A DNA stretch of 64,000 nt from Candidatus Nomurabacteria bacterium (GTDB taxonomy: Bacteria > Patescibacteriota > Minisyncoccia > Phycocordibacterales > UBA9973), in assembly GCA_029288725.1 (NCBI GenBank), contig JARIGS010000015.1, positions 3,518-67,517 on the forward strand. Direction: 5' to 3'. Position 1 is the first letter of the stretch. Every line of letters starts with the position of its first letter. A program made the position numbers and the translations under genes. This document shows, piece after piece, positions 37,637 to 48,900 of the stretch. Under the pieces are notes generated by a model. It was not told the origin of the DNA. It searched no databases and saw only the letters and a program-made list of their open reading frames with translations.

Positions 37637-40600
37637 CTATTCTTCGTCGTGCTTAATGTTGTTGATGTCGAGCGCACTGCGTTCGCGGAAACCGGTACCG
37701 GCAGGAATCAATCGTCCAATCGTCACGTTTTCCTTCAAGCCACGAAGGGTATCAGTACCACCCTTCACCGCATTGGCAATCAAGACACGGTTGGTGTTTT
37801 GGAATGAAGCGGCAGAGATCCAACTCTTGGCATTCAATGCAGTCTGAGTGATACCGAGAATAATCAAGGCGCCCTTCGCTTCGCGCAATCCGCGTTCACG
37901 CATCTTTGCGTTTTCTTCCATCAATTCTGTTGCTTCGATAATTTCACCCGATGAGAATGAAGTGTCACCGGCATCCTTGATTTCACGGCGTGAGAACATC
38001 TGACGAACGATGATTTCCAAGTGCTTGCGGGCAATTGATGCGCCCTGCAATTCGTACACCTTGATGATTTCACGAACGATGTAGTCTTCTGCTGCTTCAC
38101 GACCGCCGTATTCATATACTTCGTCGATATTTGCAGAACCGTCGGTCAATAGCTGACCACCGGCAACATCCTCGCCAACTTTCACAATTGGCACACGTCG
38201 TGGACCAAGAACATATTCAACACTGTCCTTCTTGGCACCACTACCCTTGGTTGAAAGCACTACGATAGTCTTTTCAGTACCGTTTTCCTTGATTTCTGCA
38301 ACCGTACCTTCGTACTTGTTAATTGCAGCAGGATTTTTCACGGCACGGCGTTCGAAGATTTCTTCGACACGAGGGAGACCCTGGGTAATGTCGACACCAG
38401 CCAAACCACCGGCGTGGAAGGTACGGAGCGTCAACTGGGTACCAGGTTCACCGATCGCCTGTGCGGCAACGATACCGACAGATTCACCCCGCTCAACAAG
38501 CTTGTTGCGACCAAGGTCAAGACCGTAACACTGACGACAGATACCGTAGATAGTCTTACATACCATTGGAGTACGAACATAGACTTCCTTCACGCCCTTC
38601 TCGTCGATCAATGCAACGTCTTCACGACTGAGCAAATGACCGCGCTTGAATAGTGTTTCGCCACCTTCGGTGACAATATCCTTTGCCACGATACGGCCGC
38701 GAATGACCTTTGCAAGTGGGATTTCAAGACCAGACACTACTTCTGCCACCATGCGCTTACCAGCCTTGGTACCGCAGTCTTCCTCAGTGATGACCACATC
38801 CTGAGCGACATCCACCAAACGACGGGTAAGGTATCCGGCACGAGCGGTGTTCAATGCCGTGTCGGCAAGACCCTTACGTGAACCGTGGGTAGTAATGAAG
38901 TATTCAAGTGGTGAAAGACCTTCCTTGAATGATGGAATGATTGGAAAATCAATCGTACGACCAGTGGTGTTCTGAATGAGACCTTTCATACCGGCCATCT
39001 GTGTCACGTTACTCATCGAGCCACGGGCACCAGAGGTAACCATGTCGTAGACTGAACCGTGCTTCTCAATGGTGTCGGGAAGAATTTTTTCGATTTCATT
39101 CTTGGCCTTGTTCCAGTTTGAGATAACCTTTTCGTAGCGTTCATCTTCTGAAAGCAACCCTTCCTCGAACTGAGCACGGATTTCTGCTTCCAATGCGCGA
39201 TACTTGGCAACAATCGCCGGCTTTTCCTTTGGCACGATCACGTTGTCGATACCCCAGGTTACGCCAGAGCGGGTTGCATACTTGTATCCGAAGTCCTTCA
39301 CGCGGTCGAGAATTGGCGCAACACGATCAACACCATACTTTGAGATCAGTGAGTCAATTACGGTTGCCATTTTCTTACCGGTCATATCCTCGTTCATGTA
39401 CTGGAAGTCACTTGGAAGAACGGCATTGAAGTAGAGACGTCCAACCGTTGTTTCAAATGGCTTACCGCCGAACTGAGCGTACTTGTCCTTCTGAGTACCA
39501 AGGACCATGATTTTCGCACGCAATGATACTGCGCCGAAGTCACTTGCCGTGATTGCCTCGTTTGGACTTGCGAAGTATGAACCTTCACCCTTGTCACCAT
39601 CGATTGCAGTGGTCATCCAGTAACAACCAAGAACGATATCCAACATCTTTGATGAAATGATCGAGTCACCGTTCTGAGGCTTGAGAATGTTCTTGTCAGC
39701 TGCAATCAGTGTTGCTGCTTCATGCTGTGCTTCAGCTGAGAGCGGAAGGTAGAGACCCATTTGGTCACCGTCGAAGTCAGCGTTGAACGCAGGACAGACG
39801 AGTGGGTGGACCTTGATGGCATTACCTTCAACCAAGACTGGCATGAATGCCTGAATACCGAGACGGTGCAGGGTCGGTGCACGGTTGAGCATCACGTACT
39901 TGCCCTTGATCACCTCTTCAAGAATTGCCCACACTTCCGGAATACCGTCCTCGATGAGCTTGTTCGCTCCGCGAATGTTGTATGCCAATTCACGCTCAAT
40001 GATCTTTGAGATCACAAACGGACGGAAGATTTCAAGTGCCATGTGCTTTGGCACACCACACTGGTTAAGCTTAAGGTTAGGACCGACGACGATCACGGAA
40101 CGAGCTGAGTAGTCAACACGCTTACCGAGAAGGTTCTGACGGAACAGACCCTGCTTTGACTTCAAGTTGTCAGACAATGACTTCAATGCACGACGCTGTG
40201 CCTGACTCATTGCAGGACTGTCCTGTCCAGCAATTGAGTTGTCGATCAATGCGTCAACTGCTTCCTGCAAGATACGCTTTTCATTACGCAAGATCACGTC
40301 AGGCGCACCGATTTCCTTCAACTTCTTCAAACGGTTGTTACGGTTGATCACGCGACGGTAAAGGTCGTTGATGTCAGACGTTGCATGACGGCCACCTTCA
40401 AGTGCCACCATTGGACGAATTGCTGGAGGAATAACCGGGATAACAGTGAGGAACATCCATTCAGGACGAATGTTGGCATAGATCATGCCGCGCACAAGTG
40501 AGAGACGCTTGTTGAGCTTCTCACGTTCTGCCGCACCAGCCTTTTCAAGCATCTTTTCAGTGTGCTCCTTGACCTTCACGAGATCCATATCCTTAAAGAG

Positions 40601-41260
40601 CTGGTAGATTGGCTCAGCACCAACACCGGCTTCAAAGGCAGAACCGTATTTCAATGAGTAGTGGTGGTAAGAGATTTCATTCAACACCTTACCGATGCGG
40701 ATTTCCGCAATTTCCTTCTTGGTATTTGCAAGCAGGGTGCGAAGCTTCTCACGAGTCTCTTCGTCAGCGGCGCCTTTCAACTTGTTCTTGAATTCTGCAT
40801 CAAGGTCGGCAACGATGCGCTCGCGCTCGTCCTCGTGGACAGTGGTAATGATGTAGCCAGCAAAGTAGACAACCTTTTCAAGATCGGTCAGAGACACATT
40901 CAAGAGGATGCTCATGCGTGATGGCACGCCGCGGAGGAACCAAATGTGAGCAACTGGTGATGCCAATTCGATGTGACCCATGCGTTCACGACGAACGATG
41001 GCCTGAGTGACTTCCACGCCACATTTTTCACAGACAATGCCTGCGTAACGGATGCGCTTGTACTTACCACAGTAACATTCATAGTCCTTTTCCGGACCGA
41101 AGATGCGCTCGTCAAAAAGACCGCCGCGCTCACTGCGTCCAGTACGATAGTTGATGGTTTCCGGCTTGGTAACCTCGCCGAAAGACCATTCGCGAATGCG
41201 ATCTGGACTAGCAAGCTTGAGGGAGATTTGATCAAAGTTTGTTGTATCGAGTGTTTTCAT
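37637..41260 (-). CDS. rpoC: RNA polymerase beta' subunit
   Basis: NADFDGD, zinc finger, GEPGTQLT. Confidence 0.99.
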   Translation of the reverse strand: MKTLDTTNFDQISLKLASPDRIREWSFGEVTKPETINYRTGRSERGGLFDERIFGPEKDYECYCGKYKRIRYAGIVCEKCGVEVTQAIVRRERMGHIELASPVAHIWFLRGVPSRMSILLNVSLTDLEKVVYFAGYIITTVHEDERERIVADLDAEFKNKLKGAADEETREKLRTLLANTKKEIAEIRIGKVLNEISYHHYSLKYGSAFEAGVGAEPIYQLFKDMDLVKVKEHTEKMLEKAGAAEREKLNKRLSLVRGMIYANIRPEWMFLTVIPVIPPAIRPMVALEGGRHATSDINDLYRRVINRNNRLKKLKEIGAPDVILRNEKRILQEAVDALIDNSIAGQDSPAMSQAQRRALKSLSDNLKSKQGLFRQNLLGKRVDYSARSVIVVGPNLKLNQCGVPKHMALEIFRPFVISKIIERELAYNIRGANKLIEDGIPEVWAILEEVIKGKYVMLNRAPTLHRLGIQAFMPVLVEGNAIKVHPLVCPAFNADFDGDQMGLYLPLSAEAQHEAATLIAADKNILKPQNGDSIISSKMLDIVLGCYWMTTAIDGDKGEGSYFASPNEAITASDFGAVSLRAKIMVLGTQKDKYAQFGGKPFETTVGRLYFNAVLPSDFQYMNEDMTGKKMATVIDSLISKYGVDRVAPILDRVKDFGYKYATRSGVTWGIDNVIVPKEKPAIVAKYRALEAEIRAQFEEGLLSEDERYEKVISNWNKAKNEIEKILPDTIEKHGSVYDMVTSGARGSMSNVTQMAGMKGLIQNTTGRTIDFPIIPSFKEGLSPLEYFITTHGSRKGLADTALNTARAGYLTRRLVDVAQDVVITEEDCGTKAGKRMVAEVVSGLEIPLAKVIRGRIVAKDIVTEGGETLFKRGHLLSREDVALIDEKGVKEVYVRTPMVCKTIYGICRQCYGLDLGRNKLVERGESVGIVAAQAIGEPGTQLTLRTFHAGGLAGVDITQGLPRVEEIFERRAVKNPAAINKYEGTVAEIKENGTEKTIVVLSTKGSGAKKDSVEYVLGPRRVPIVKVGEDVAGGQLLTDGSANIDEVYEYGGREAAEDYIVREIIKVYELQGASIARKHLEIIVRQMFSRREIKDAGDTSFSSGEIIEATELMEENAKMRERGLREAKGALIILGITQTALNAKSWISAASFQNTNRVLIANAVKGGTDTLRGLKENVTIGRLIPAGTGFRERSALDINNIKHDEE

Positions 41261-41284
41261 AATAGTGAGTGATTAGCGAAGAGA

Positions 41285-44200
41285 TTAATTGTTTTCTGCT
41301 TCTTCTTCAAATGGTACGACCTGTGCGTTCTTGAGCTCAACATCGAGGGACAATCCGCGAAGATAGTTCAACATCACCGAGAATGAGGCCGGCACGTTTG
41401 GTTCGCCGATCGGCTCATTCTTGATAATGGCATCAAATGTCGCGGCACGTCCCTTGATATCGTCGGACTTGATCGTGAGCATTTCACGAAGGGTGTGTGA
41501 GGCACCGTATCCTTCCAATGCCCAGACCTCCATTTCACCGAAACGCTGACCTCCACCCTGTGCCTTACCACCAAGCGGCTGCTGGGTAATGAGACTGTAT
41601 GGACCGATTGAACGCATGTGAATCTTGTCTTCGACCATGTGGTGCAGCTTGAGGATGTACATGTATCCCACAGCAATGTCCTGTTCGAACTTTTCACCGG
41701 TGCGTCCATCAAAGAGCGGTACGCGACCGTTTTCCGGTAAGCCGGCTTTCACTAACTCTTCCTTGATTTCATTGTCAGTTGCCCCTGAGAATGGTGGCAC
41801 GATTGCCTGGTAGCCAAGCTCGTTTGCAGCCATACCCAAGTGAAGCTCGAGAATCTGTCCGAGGTTCATACGTGACGGCACACCAAGCGGTGTAAGCACC
41901 ACGTCAACCGGACGACCGTCTGCCATGTATGGCATGTCTTCCTCTGGCAAGACCACTGAGATCACACCCTTGTTTCCGTGACGACCAGCAAGCTTGTCGC
42001 CGACTGAAATGTTACGGAGCTGTGCAACCTCGATCACGATCTTCTTGATCACGCCCGATTCAAGCGTGTGTCCCTGATCGCGAGAGAAGATCTTCACGCG
42101 AATGATACGACCCTTCTTGCCGTGATCCATCTTTAATGATGTGTCCTTCACGTCACGAGCCTTTTCAGCAAAGATACTGCGGAGGAGGCGTTCTTCCGGA
42201 GTAAGTTCGGTTTCGCCCTTTGGCGTAATCTTACCGACGAGAATGTCGCCCTCCTTCACTTCCGCACCAACGCGAATGATACCGTCCTCATCAAGGTCCT
42301 TGAGGCGAGCTTCACCGACATTTGGAATGTCACGAGTGGTCACTTCTGGACCAAGCTTGGTGTCGCGCACGACACAGGTGAATTCAGCAATATAGATAGA
42401 GGTGAACTTTGAATTCTTGATCAATCGCTCTGAAAGGATGATCGCGTCCTCGAAGTTTGCACCGTTCCAACTCATGAATGCGACGAACATGTTCTGACCG
42501 AGAGCAATCTGTCCGTGATCAGTCGTAGAGGTGTCGGCAAGCAATTCGCCCTTCTTGACCTTCTGGCCAAGTGACACAACTGGACGCTGGTGGAATGCGT
42601 TGAAGTTGTTGTTACGCTGGAATGTCACCAATGGGTAAGTCTGTTCTTTGTTCTTGTCATTCTTCACCACGATCTTCGAAGCATCAACGTGAGTGACTTC
42701 ACCAGCTTCATATGCCTGCACGAGGCGACCTGAATATGGTGCGGCATCCTGTTCAACACCGGTTGCCACCAATGGTGCTTCTGGAGCGATCAATGGCACG
42801 GCCTGACGCTGCATGTTACTTCCCATCAATGCACGGTTCGCATCATTGTGTTCCACAAATGGAATCATTGAAGTACCGACAGAGAATGCCTGGTTTGGTG
42901 CGACATCGATGTAGTCGACTTGATCCTTTGGCACAATGCCCGGACTGGTACGAATACGAGCTTCGACCTCGTTTGGAAGGTTACCCTTGTCATCATATTT
43001 GGTACTGCCGTGGGCAATAGTGCACTTTTCTTCTTCTGCTGCGTTCAAGTATTCAACCTCACCGGTGATCTTACCGTTCTTCACTTTCACATATGGAGTC
43101 TCAATCACGCCGAATGCATTGACGCGCGCGTAGATAGAAAGACGAAGAATCAAACCGATGTTTGGACCTTCCGGAGTTTGAATAGGACAAACGCGACCAT
43201 AGTGAGATGGGTGCACGTCACGAACTTCAAGCGTTGCACGTTCACGAGTCAAACCGCCGGGACCAAGCGCAGAAAGGGTGCGGAGTTCCTCAATTTCAGA
43301 CAAGACGTTTTCCTGCTGCATGAACTGTGAGAGCTGGTTGGTCGTAAAGAATTCCTTGATACGAGCCTGCAACGGACGCTGATTCACGACCTGGATTGGC
43401 AATGCATTTGAAGCATCAATGGTAGACATGCGGTCCTGCACGTTACGCTTGATCTGAGTCAAACCAACATAAATTTTCTGCTGGAGCATTTCACCGACGA
43501 AACGAACGCGGCGAGAACTGAGGTTGTCGATATCGTCAGCGTGTGAACCTGGAGTACTGTTGAGTTCGATGATGTTGTTGACGATGATAGCAAGATCAGC
43601 GACGGAAAGGGTCTTACGTTCCATTTCCTTGTCACCCATGTCGAGACCAAAGCGCTTGTTGAAGCGGAAGCGACCGACTGATGAAAGGTCATAGCGCTCT
43701 TCTGAGAAGAGGTTGTTAACGAAGTCACGGGCATTGTCAGCCGTTGCCAAATCACCGTCGCGAAGCTTACGGTAGATTTCAACAAAGGCGGTCTCAGGGG
43801 TCTTTGCAGTATCCTTCTCAATGGCATGGGCCATGACCTTCTGGGCAATCTCACCCTTGAAGTGCTTGAGGATGTCAGCGTCAGTAGTAAGACCAAGAGC
43901 GCGAAGCAATGATACGACAGGGAATTTCTTCTTCTTGTCGATACGAACATAGACAGTACCGTCAGGGTCTGATTCGATTTCAATCCAGACACCACGGTTT
44001 GGAATGATCTTTGCGCCAAAGTAGCGCTTGCCCTTTACTTCGAGTTCGGTAAAGAACACGCCGCTTGAGCGAGAAAGCTGAGGAATGATTGAGCGTTCAA
44101 CACCATTGATGATGAAGGTGCCGTGCGGAGTCATAACCGGAAGGTCGGCCATGAAAATTTCCTGTTCCTTTTCAGAACCGGTTTGCTTGTTGGTCAGTTT

Positions 44201-44488
44201 TACCCGAGCCTTGATTTGTGTTTCGAGAGAAAGCTTGTTTTCCTTGCAGTAGTGCTCGTCGAACTTTGGTTCAACGAGATGGAATGACACGAAGTCCAAC
44301 TGGAACTTCTTGCCTGAGTAGTCATTGATAGGAGTGAATTCCTTGAAGGTTTCCTTCAGCCCCTTTTCAACCAACCAGTTGAATGAGTCAAGCTGATGCT
44401 GAATGAGGTTAGGAAATTCTACTAATGGTTTTTTATATTTCGAAAAGTACTTTTTTGGACGCTGGTCCGTAGATTTGGTTTTACTCAT
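41285..44488 (-). CDS. rpoB: RNA polymerase beta subunit
   Basis: GDKLAGRHGNKG, RALMGSNMQRQ, GQRFGEME. Confidence 0.99.
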   Translation of the reverse strand: MSKTKSTDQRPKKYFSKYKKPLVEFPNLIQHQLDSFNWLVEKGLKETFKEFTPINDYSGKKFQLDFVSFHLVEPKFDEHYCKENKLSLETQIKARVKLTNKQTGSEKEQEIFMADLPVMTPHGTFIINGVERSIIPQLSRSSGVFFTELEVKGKRYFGAKIIPNRGVWIEIESDPDGTVYVRIDKKKKFPVVSLLRALGLTTDADILKHFKGEIAQKVMAHAIEKDTAKTPETAFVEIYRKLRDGDLATADNARDFVNNLFSEERYDLSSVGRFRFNKRFGLDMGDKEMERKTLSVADLAIIVNNIIELNSTPGSHADDIDNLSSRRVRFVGEMLQQKIYVGLTQIKRNVQDRMSTIDASNALPIQVVNQRPLQARIKEFFTTNQLSQFMQQENVLSEIEELRTLSALGPGGLTRERATLEVRDVHPSHYGRVCPIQTPEGPNIGLILRLSIYARVNAFGVIETPYVKVKNGKITGEVEYLNAAEEEKCTIAHGSTKYDDKGNLPNEVEARIRTSPGIVPKDQVDYIDVAPNQAFSVGTSMIPFVEHNDANRALMGSNMQRQAVPLIAPEAPLVATGVEQDAAPYSGRLVQAYEAGEVTHVDASKIVVKNDKNKEQTYPLVTFQRNNNFNAFHQRPVVSLGQKVKKGELLADTSTTDHGQIALGQNMFVAFMSWNGANFEDAIILSERLIKNSKFTSIYIAEFTCVVRDTKLGPEVTTRDIPNVGEARLKDLDEDGIIRVGAEVKEGDILVGKITPKGETELTPEERLLRSIFAEKARDVKDTSLKMDHGKKGRIIRVKIFSRDQGHTLESGVIKKIVIEVAQLRNISVGDKLAGRHGNKGVISVVLPEEDMPYMADGRPVDVVLTPLGVPSRMNLGQILELHLGMAANELGYQAIVPPFSGATDNEIKEELVKAGLPENGRVPLFDGRTGEKFEQDIAVGYMYILKLHHMVEDKIHMRSIGPYSLITQQPLGGKAQGGGQRFGEMEVWALEGYGASHTLREMLTIKSDDIKGRAATFDAIIKNEPIGEPNVPASFSVMLNYLRGLSLDVELKNAQVVPFEEEAENN

Positions 44489-44594
44489 TTAACGAAAAAA
44501 TGCCTCGCGGGCCTTCCCGGGGGCGTTAACTTAAAAAATACTACTAATTTACAGGCTTTTCTCTCGTAACCCTTCCTCAATCTGTAAGGTCTAA

Positions 44595-44623
44595 AGTATA
44601 TGCAAAAATTGATGTTTTGTCAA
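44595..44623 (-). promoter_or_regulatory. rpoBC promoter
   Basis: TTGACA-17 nt-TATACT about 105 nt upstream of the rpoB ATG. Confidence 0.75.
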
Positions 44624-44679
44624 TCCTGTTTTAGGACCCCTATGATCTTTAAATATTCTTGAGGGGTAAAAAGGTATGA

Positions 44680-45126
44680 TTGGAAACTGTGGATCAGGAT
44701 ACGTATGAAAACATTGAAAAAATTAGAGGCATTATTGCCGCATATTATGATCTGCCTAATGGCTATAAGATAGAAAACCCGGACGAACTGTTGGCATTAT
44801 TTGCTATCAATAATCATCTCCATCCACACAATGGCCTTATTGTTTATATTTCTCGAAGATCTTTGAAGCATTTTGTAGAAAGAAGAAAGGAAGAGCTACT
44901 TAAAAATAATAATCGTGATCGATCATTGGCGTTCATGTGTTTTATTGTTGAAAATATTCAGGCTACAATTTTAGAATTTGATTCCTGCACAAAAGAAATC
45001 ACGGGTAAATGTTTTTATAAGAAAAGGTATCCTATTAGTTCTAAGCGTCAACGTAGCATACGGATAGTACTTGAAATCAAGGAGAGCAGATTGGAAATAA
45101 TATCGATACATTTGAGAAAAAATTAA
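44680..45126 (+). CDS. Hypothetical protein, putative RelE/PBECR-like nuclease fold
   Basis: AT-rich ORF with YISRRSLKHFVERR..FYKKRY..IRIVLE..LEIISIH pattern; start may be GTG 44689, 8 nt after TATGAT. Confidence 0.55.
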   Translation: METVDQDTYENIEKIRGIIAAYYDLPNGYKIENPDELLALFAINNHLHPHNGLIVYISRRSLKHFVERRKEELLKNNNRDRSLAFMCFIVENIQATILEFDSCTKEITGKCFYKKRYPISSKRQRSIRIVLEIKESRLEIISIHLRKN

Positions 45127-45155
45127 AAATACCACCCTGGGGTGGTATTTTTAAT
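45122..45155. terminator. Bidirectional intrinsic terminator
   Basis: attaaaaataccacc-ctgg-ggtggtatttttaat. Confidence 0.85.
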
Positions 45156-45156
45156 C

Positions 45157-45258
45157 ATAGCTTGGGGCGACGGCGGTTACTCAAAAGTAATGTTTCGCCC
45201 ATGAGTACATTGTGAAATGTCCGCAGCAAGCCGATAGAATTTTCTGTCGTCAAGCTAT
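45157..45258 (-). ncRNA. Unidentified 102-nt structured small RNA
   Basis: Ends pair (ATAGCTTG/CAAGCTAT), internal helices, promoter upstream and terminator immediately downstream. Confidence 0.6.
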
Positions 45259-45264
45259 ATAGCC

Positions 45265-45292
45265 ATAATAACAAAATCGGTCGGAAATGCAA
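45265..45292 (-). promoter_or_regulatory. Promoter of putative ncRNA
   Basis: TTGCAT-16 nt-TATTAT with TG extension; predicted start at about 45258. Confidence 0.55.
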
Positions 45293-45976
45293 CTATCTTT
45301 TCTGGCCTTTGCGCCATTCCTCAATTTTTTTGTGATCACCAGAAACGAGCACTGGTGGGACTTTGTGCGACTTCCCTTTTTGGGCAGGTTTTGTTTTGGT
45401 TGCCTTGGTAGCCTTAGGCCATTCCAAAATTTCAGGACGGGTAAATACACGAGGACTGGCCGTGCGCTGTTCTTCAATAGACGCCCGATCGCCAAGCACA
45501 CCAGGAATTTGGCGGCAGATTGCATCAGTCATGACGAGTGCGGGCAGTTCCCCGCCGGTCAGGACGAAATCTCCGACGGAGATTTCGTCCGCCTTCAAAA
45601 TCTTTCGCACCCGATCGTCCACTCCTTCATACCGTCCACAGATAAATACGACATCGCTATAGTGCTTTGCCCATTTGGCAGCCATGGCATTGTTAAACGG
45701 CTTGCCTGACGGTGACAGCATCACTACTTTGGTTTTGGACTTAGGGCTAAATTTTAATTTTGCATACGCCCGAAGAATTGGCTCCGGTGTCATGACCATG
45801 CCAGGACCACCACCATACGGACGCTCATCCACCTTCTTATGCTTATCAAGCGTATAGTCGCGAATGTTCTTCACCTCAAAAGCAACCAGCTTCTTGTCGC
45901 TGGCTCGTTTGAGCATTGCTTCACCAAGATAACTTTCGATCATCTCAGGAAATATCGTAAGGAAGTGAAATTTCAT
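45293..45976 (-). CDS. trmD: tRNA (guanine-N1)-methyltransferase
   Basis: PYGGGPGMV, ICGRYEGVD, SVGDFVLTGGE. Confidence 0.97.
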   Translation of the reverse strand: MKFHFLTIFPEMIESYLGEAMLKRASDKKLVAFEVKNIRDYTLDKHKKVDERPYGGGPGMVMTPEPILRAYAKLKFSPKSKTKVVMLSPSGKPFNNAMAAKWAKHYSDVVFICGRYEGVDDRVRKILKADEISVGDFVLTGGELPALVMTDAICRQIPGVLGDRASIEEQRTASPRVFTRPEILEWPKATKATKTKPAQKGKSHKVPPVLVSGDHKKIEEWRKGQKR

Positions 45977-48900
45977 TATAGCGATAGGTTTACGGCTTTT
46001 CTAGTCAGGGGTCCGAAGGAGCCGTTCGCAGGGCTGATATGTTTTGCCTTTTGGAACTTCATTACAGCAGTCTTTGTTGCAGGCCCAAACGTAGTAGTTT
46101 CATGCCCTGGAGACCCCGGACCGGTTTTTGCAATAACATATCCGTGAGTATTGAGATATTGTTGCAGCAATTGCACCTGGGCATTGTGGGAACCCAGAGA
46201 AAGATTCATGGTAAATGTTGCCGTTGAAACAGGATTCGGAGTAGTGACGGCTGGAGTTACTGCGCAAGGCAATCCGCTGCTTGCACTGAAGCGCTCGCCG
46301 GTCTGACAGTCACTAGTGGTGGTATGCACCGGGCCTCCGCCACCTGAGACATAGCTCGTCGTGCCGGAAGAGGCAGCCGGCGCGGGAGTACCGAAGATCG
46401 CAAAGTCACTGAAGTGGCTGGTGGTACAGGTGACAGTATTCGCCCCGATATCAACCGAACAGTTTGAAAGGGCTGTCCATGCACCAGAGTCATATCGATA
46501 AATTACCAATGACGATTCAGAGAGGTTCGCGATCTGTGCGTCAGTATAATGCAGGGTCACTGATAATGGCGTGCTGAATGTCGTTACCGCTGCTCCACTG
46601 GAGTCAAGGGCCTTCATGTTGTAGACAATCGGTGTGCTCGGCGCAGTTATCCCGCTTGGGCTGCTTGCCGCCGCAAAAAAGCTCTGCTGATCGAGTGACT
46701 TCACCTGGAACGTAAGTGAGCTTCCATTATAAGCATTTGGCACGGTAAGGGTGGCACTGTCACCAGCGGATGACGCAGTGCTTACCGTTCCGCCCGATGT
46801 TGGGATTGCCGTACTGGCGGCCGCACTCACGGGCGCATTACCGGTACACCCTGTCGTGGTAAAGACTGCATCAGCGCTCGTTACTGTTGCTGAAGTAGCA
46901 GTTGCCCCACTAGCGGTATAGTGATAGGTCGTACATGCCAAGAGGCCAGAAATGGTAACTGTATGATTTGTTACTCGAGGACTCGTATCAGTAAGAGCGG
47001 TACTGTGCCCATATCCTGTTGAGGGACCATGATTCACCTGTGAACTTGAAGGAAGGTCACTGGTCCAGGTAATCACTGCTGAAGTTGTGGAAGGCGTTAC
47101 TACCGGTGTAGAGAGGACAGGGGCAGTACTCACGGTAGGGGTAACACTGTTTGATGCGGTCGATGCGCTACCGGTACCGTCACCATTGGTTGCAGTGACA
47201 GTAAAGGTATAGGGAGTACCAGGAGTTAGTCCGGTAATAACGTGGGAGAGGCTGGTGCTGCCCGCATTGGTGTCCGTGCCGCCGGCCGGGATGGACGTGA
47301 CGGTGTAGCCGGTGATGGCAGATGTTCCTGCTGAGGCAGGCGCCGTAAATGACACAGTGGCAGAGGTAACGCCTCCGGTGGCGGTAACCGCAGTTGGAGC
47401 GCCAGGGAAAAGATCGGCCTTAATCATCGGTAGCATCTCTGACTCAAATGTCGCATCGGTAGCAGCATATGGATGTAAACTGTCAGGTGCCCCACCAGAT
47501 GAGATAAGCGTTGCAGCTGCTGGCCCCAAATCTATAAGAAAGACCTTCTTGTCGCTTGGATTGGCAGCAATATAGGCGTTGTATGCTGAGGTTATTGCTG
47601 ATGCCTTATATTGACCAAACGGCACTATGATAAAAATCACTGCATTCGGTGCGGCTGTGCGCACAGCGGGCAGCCAACCGTCGATAATGGCAATAAGGTT
47701 CGCGTCAGTCGATCCATTGTCATTGGTACCATGGTTCATGTAAATATAATCAGGAGCAGGGGTAAACAACCCTCCGGTCAAAAGACTTTTACCATAAGAG
47801 TATTTGTTCCAAGAACTGCTGGTATCATTGCCAGGAGTATAAATAGCTGGAACTCCTCCCGATCCGGTACCGCTCCATCCTCCACCGCCTAGGGCACGGG
47901 AGCCTAATTCCAGGTTCAGATCCTTGGCAAGCAACCAGGGAACGGCCTTCGTAATATCCTCATCGGTATTGGGAAAACTGCCGGTAATACCGTTAACATA
48001 CACCCCCTCACTAATGGAGTCACCGTACACAAGCATTCTTTTTGGAAAAAGCGTCGGCGCTGAAACTGTTGCCCCATTATCAAGCACCAAGCCAGTAAAC
48101 TCTATGGCTTGTGCCGGAGTAATCCAACGGTCAGGATTGCTTACCGTGCCACCTCCATCTCCCGAGAAAAGAATAAAAAGGCTATGGGTCCCTGGAGACA
48201 AACCTGTTGCCGCAACAATTGAAGTGGTAGTGGGGGTAAGGAGTACTTCTGTCGTTGCCCCACCATCAACTTGATAACGAAGACGCGGATAATATGCAGC
48301 GAGTCCATTGTTTAAAACCATCGGATCTTCTGAAAGCGTAATGATAGCCGATGTCCCGGTAAAATTAGTTTTTATATACGCACCAGGAGTTTGCGATATT
48401 GCATATCCTGAACCCTGATACCAGTTAAACGGACTGTATGCTAGCCCCGAATTGCTACTTCCAATAGTAATCGCTGCGTAGCTCATCGTCGACGGGTTAA
48501 TCAGTCCCCCATTATTACTTAGCGCCAGCGTCATCAGTCCACCGGTTGTGGGGGTAATCGTGAACGTTTGCGGTGTGCTGGAATTGTTGAAGTTCAGCAC
48601 GATCGGCGTAGAAAGCCCTCCTCCGCTTGGGGTAATAGTAATGGTACCAGTATAAGCAGCACTTGGACTGACAGTAAAACTACTGGAGGCGGTGTTAATT
48701 AACCCCCTTGCAGGACCAGTAATAGTATAAGTAGGGCCAAGACCCTGAACGGTAAGGGAATTAAATTGTGCGGGTGTGCCAGTTGCTCCAGATTGGAAAA
48801 ACACTGGCTTATTCGTAATGGTAACGGCGGTAGGAACATTGCAGAGGAGCACGTCCCCGCTTCCGGCATTCTTATAAATTGCATATCCAGTACCAGTTAC

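Noticed and set aside
45157-45258. HDV-like or hammerhead ribozyme, RNase P fragment or SRP identity for the ncRNA
   Set aside because: Lacks the HDV L3/J4-2 consensus, the CTGANGA core, GAGGAAAGTCC and the SRP helix-8 motif
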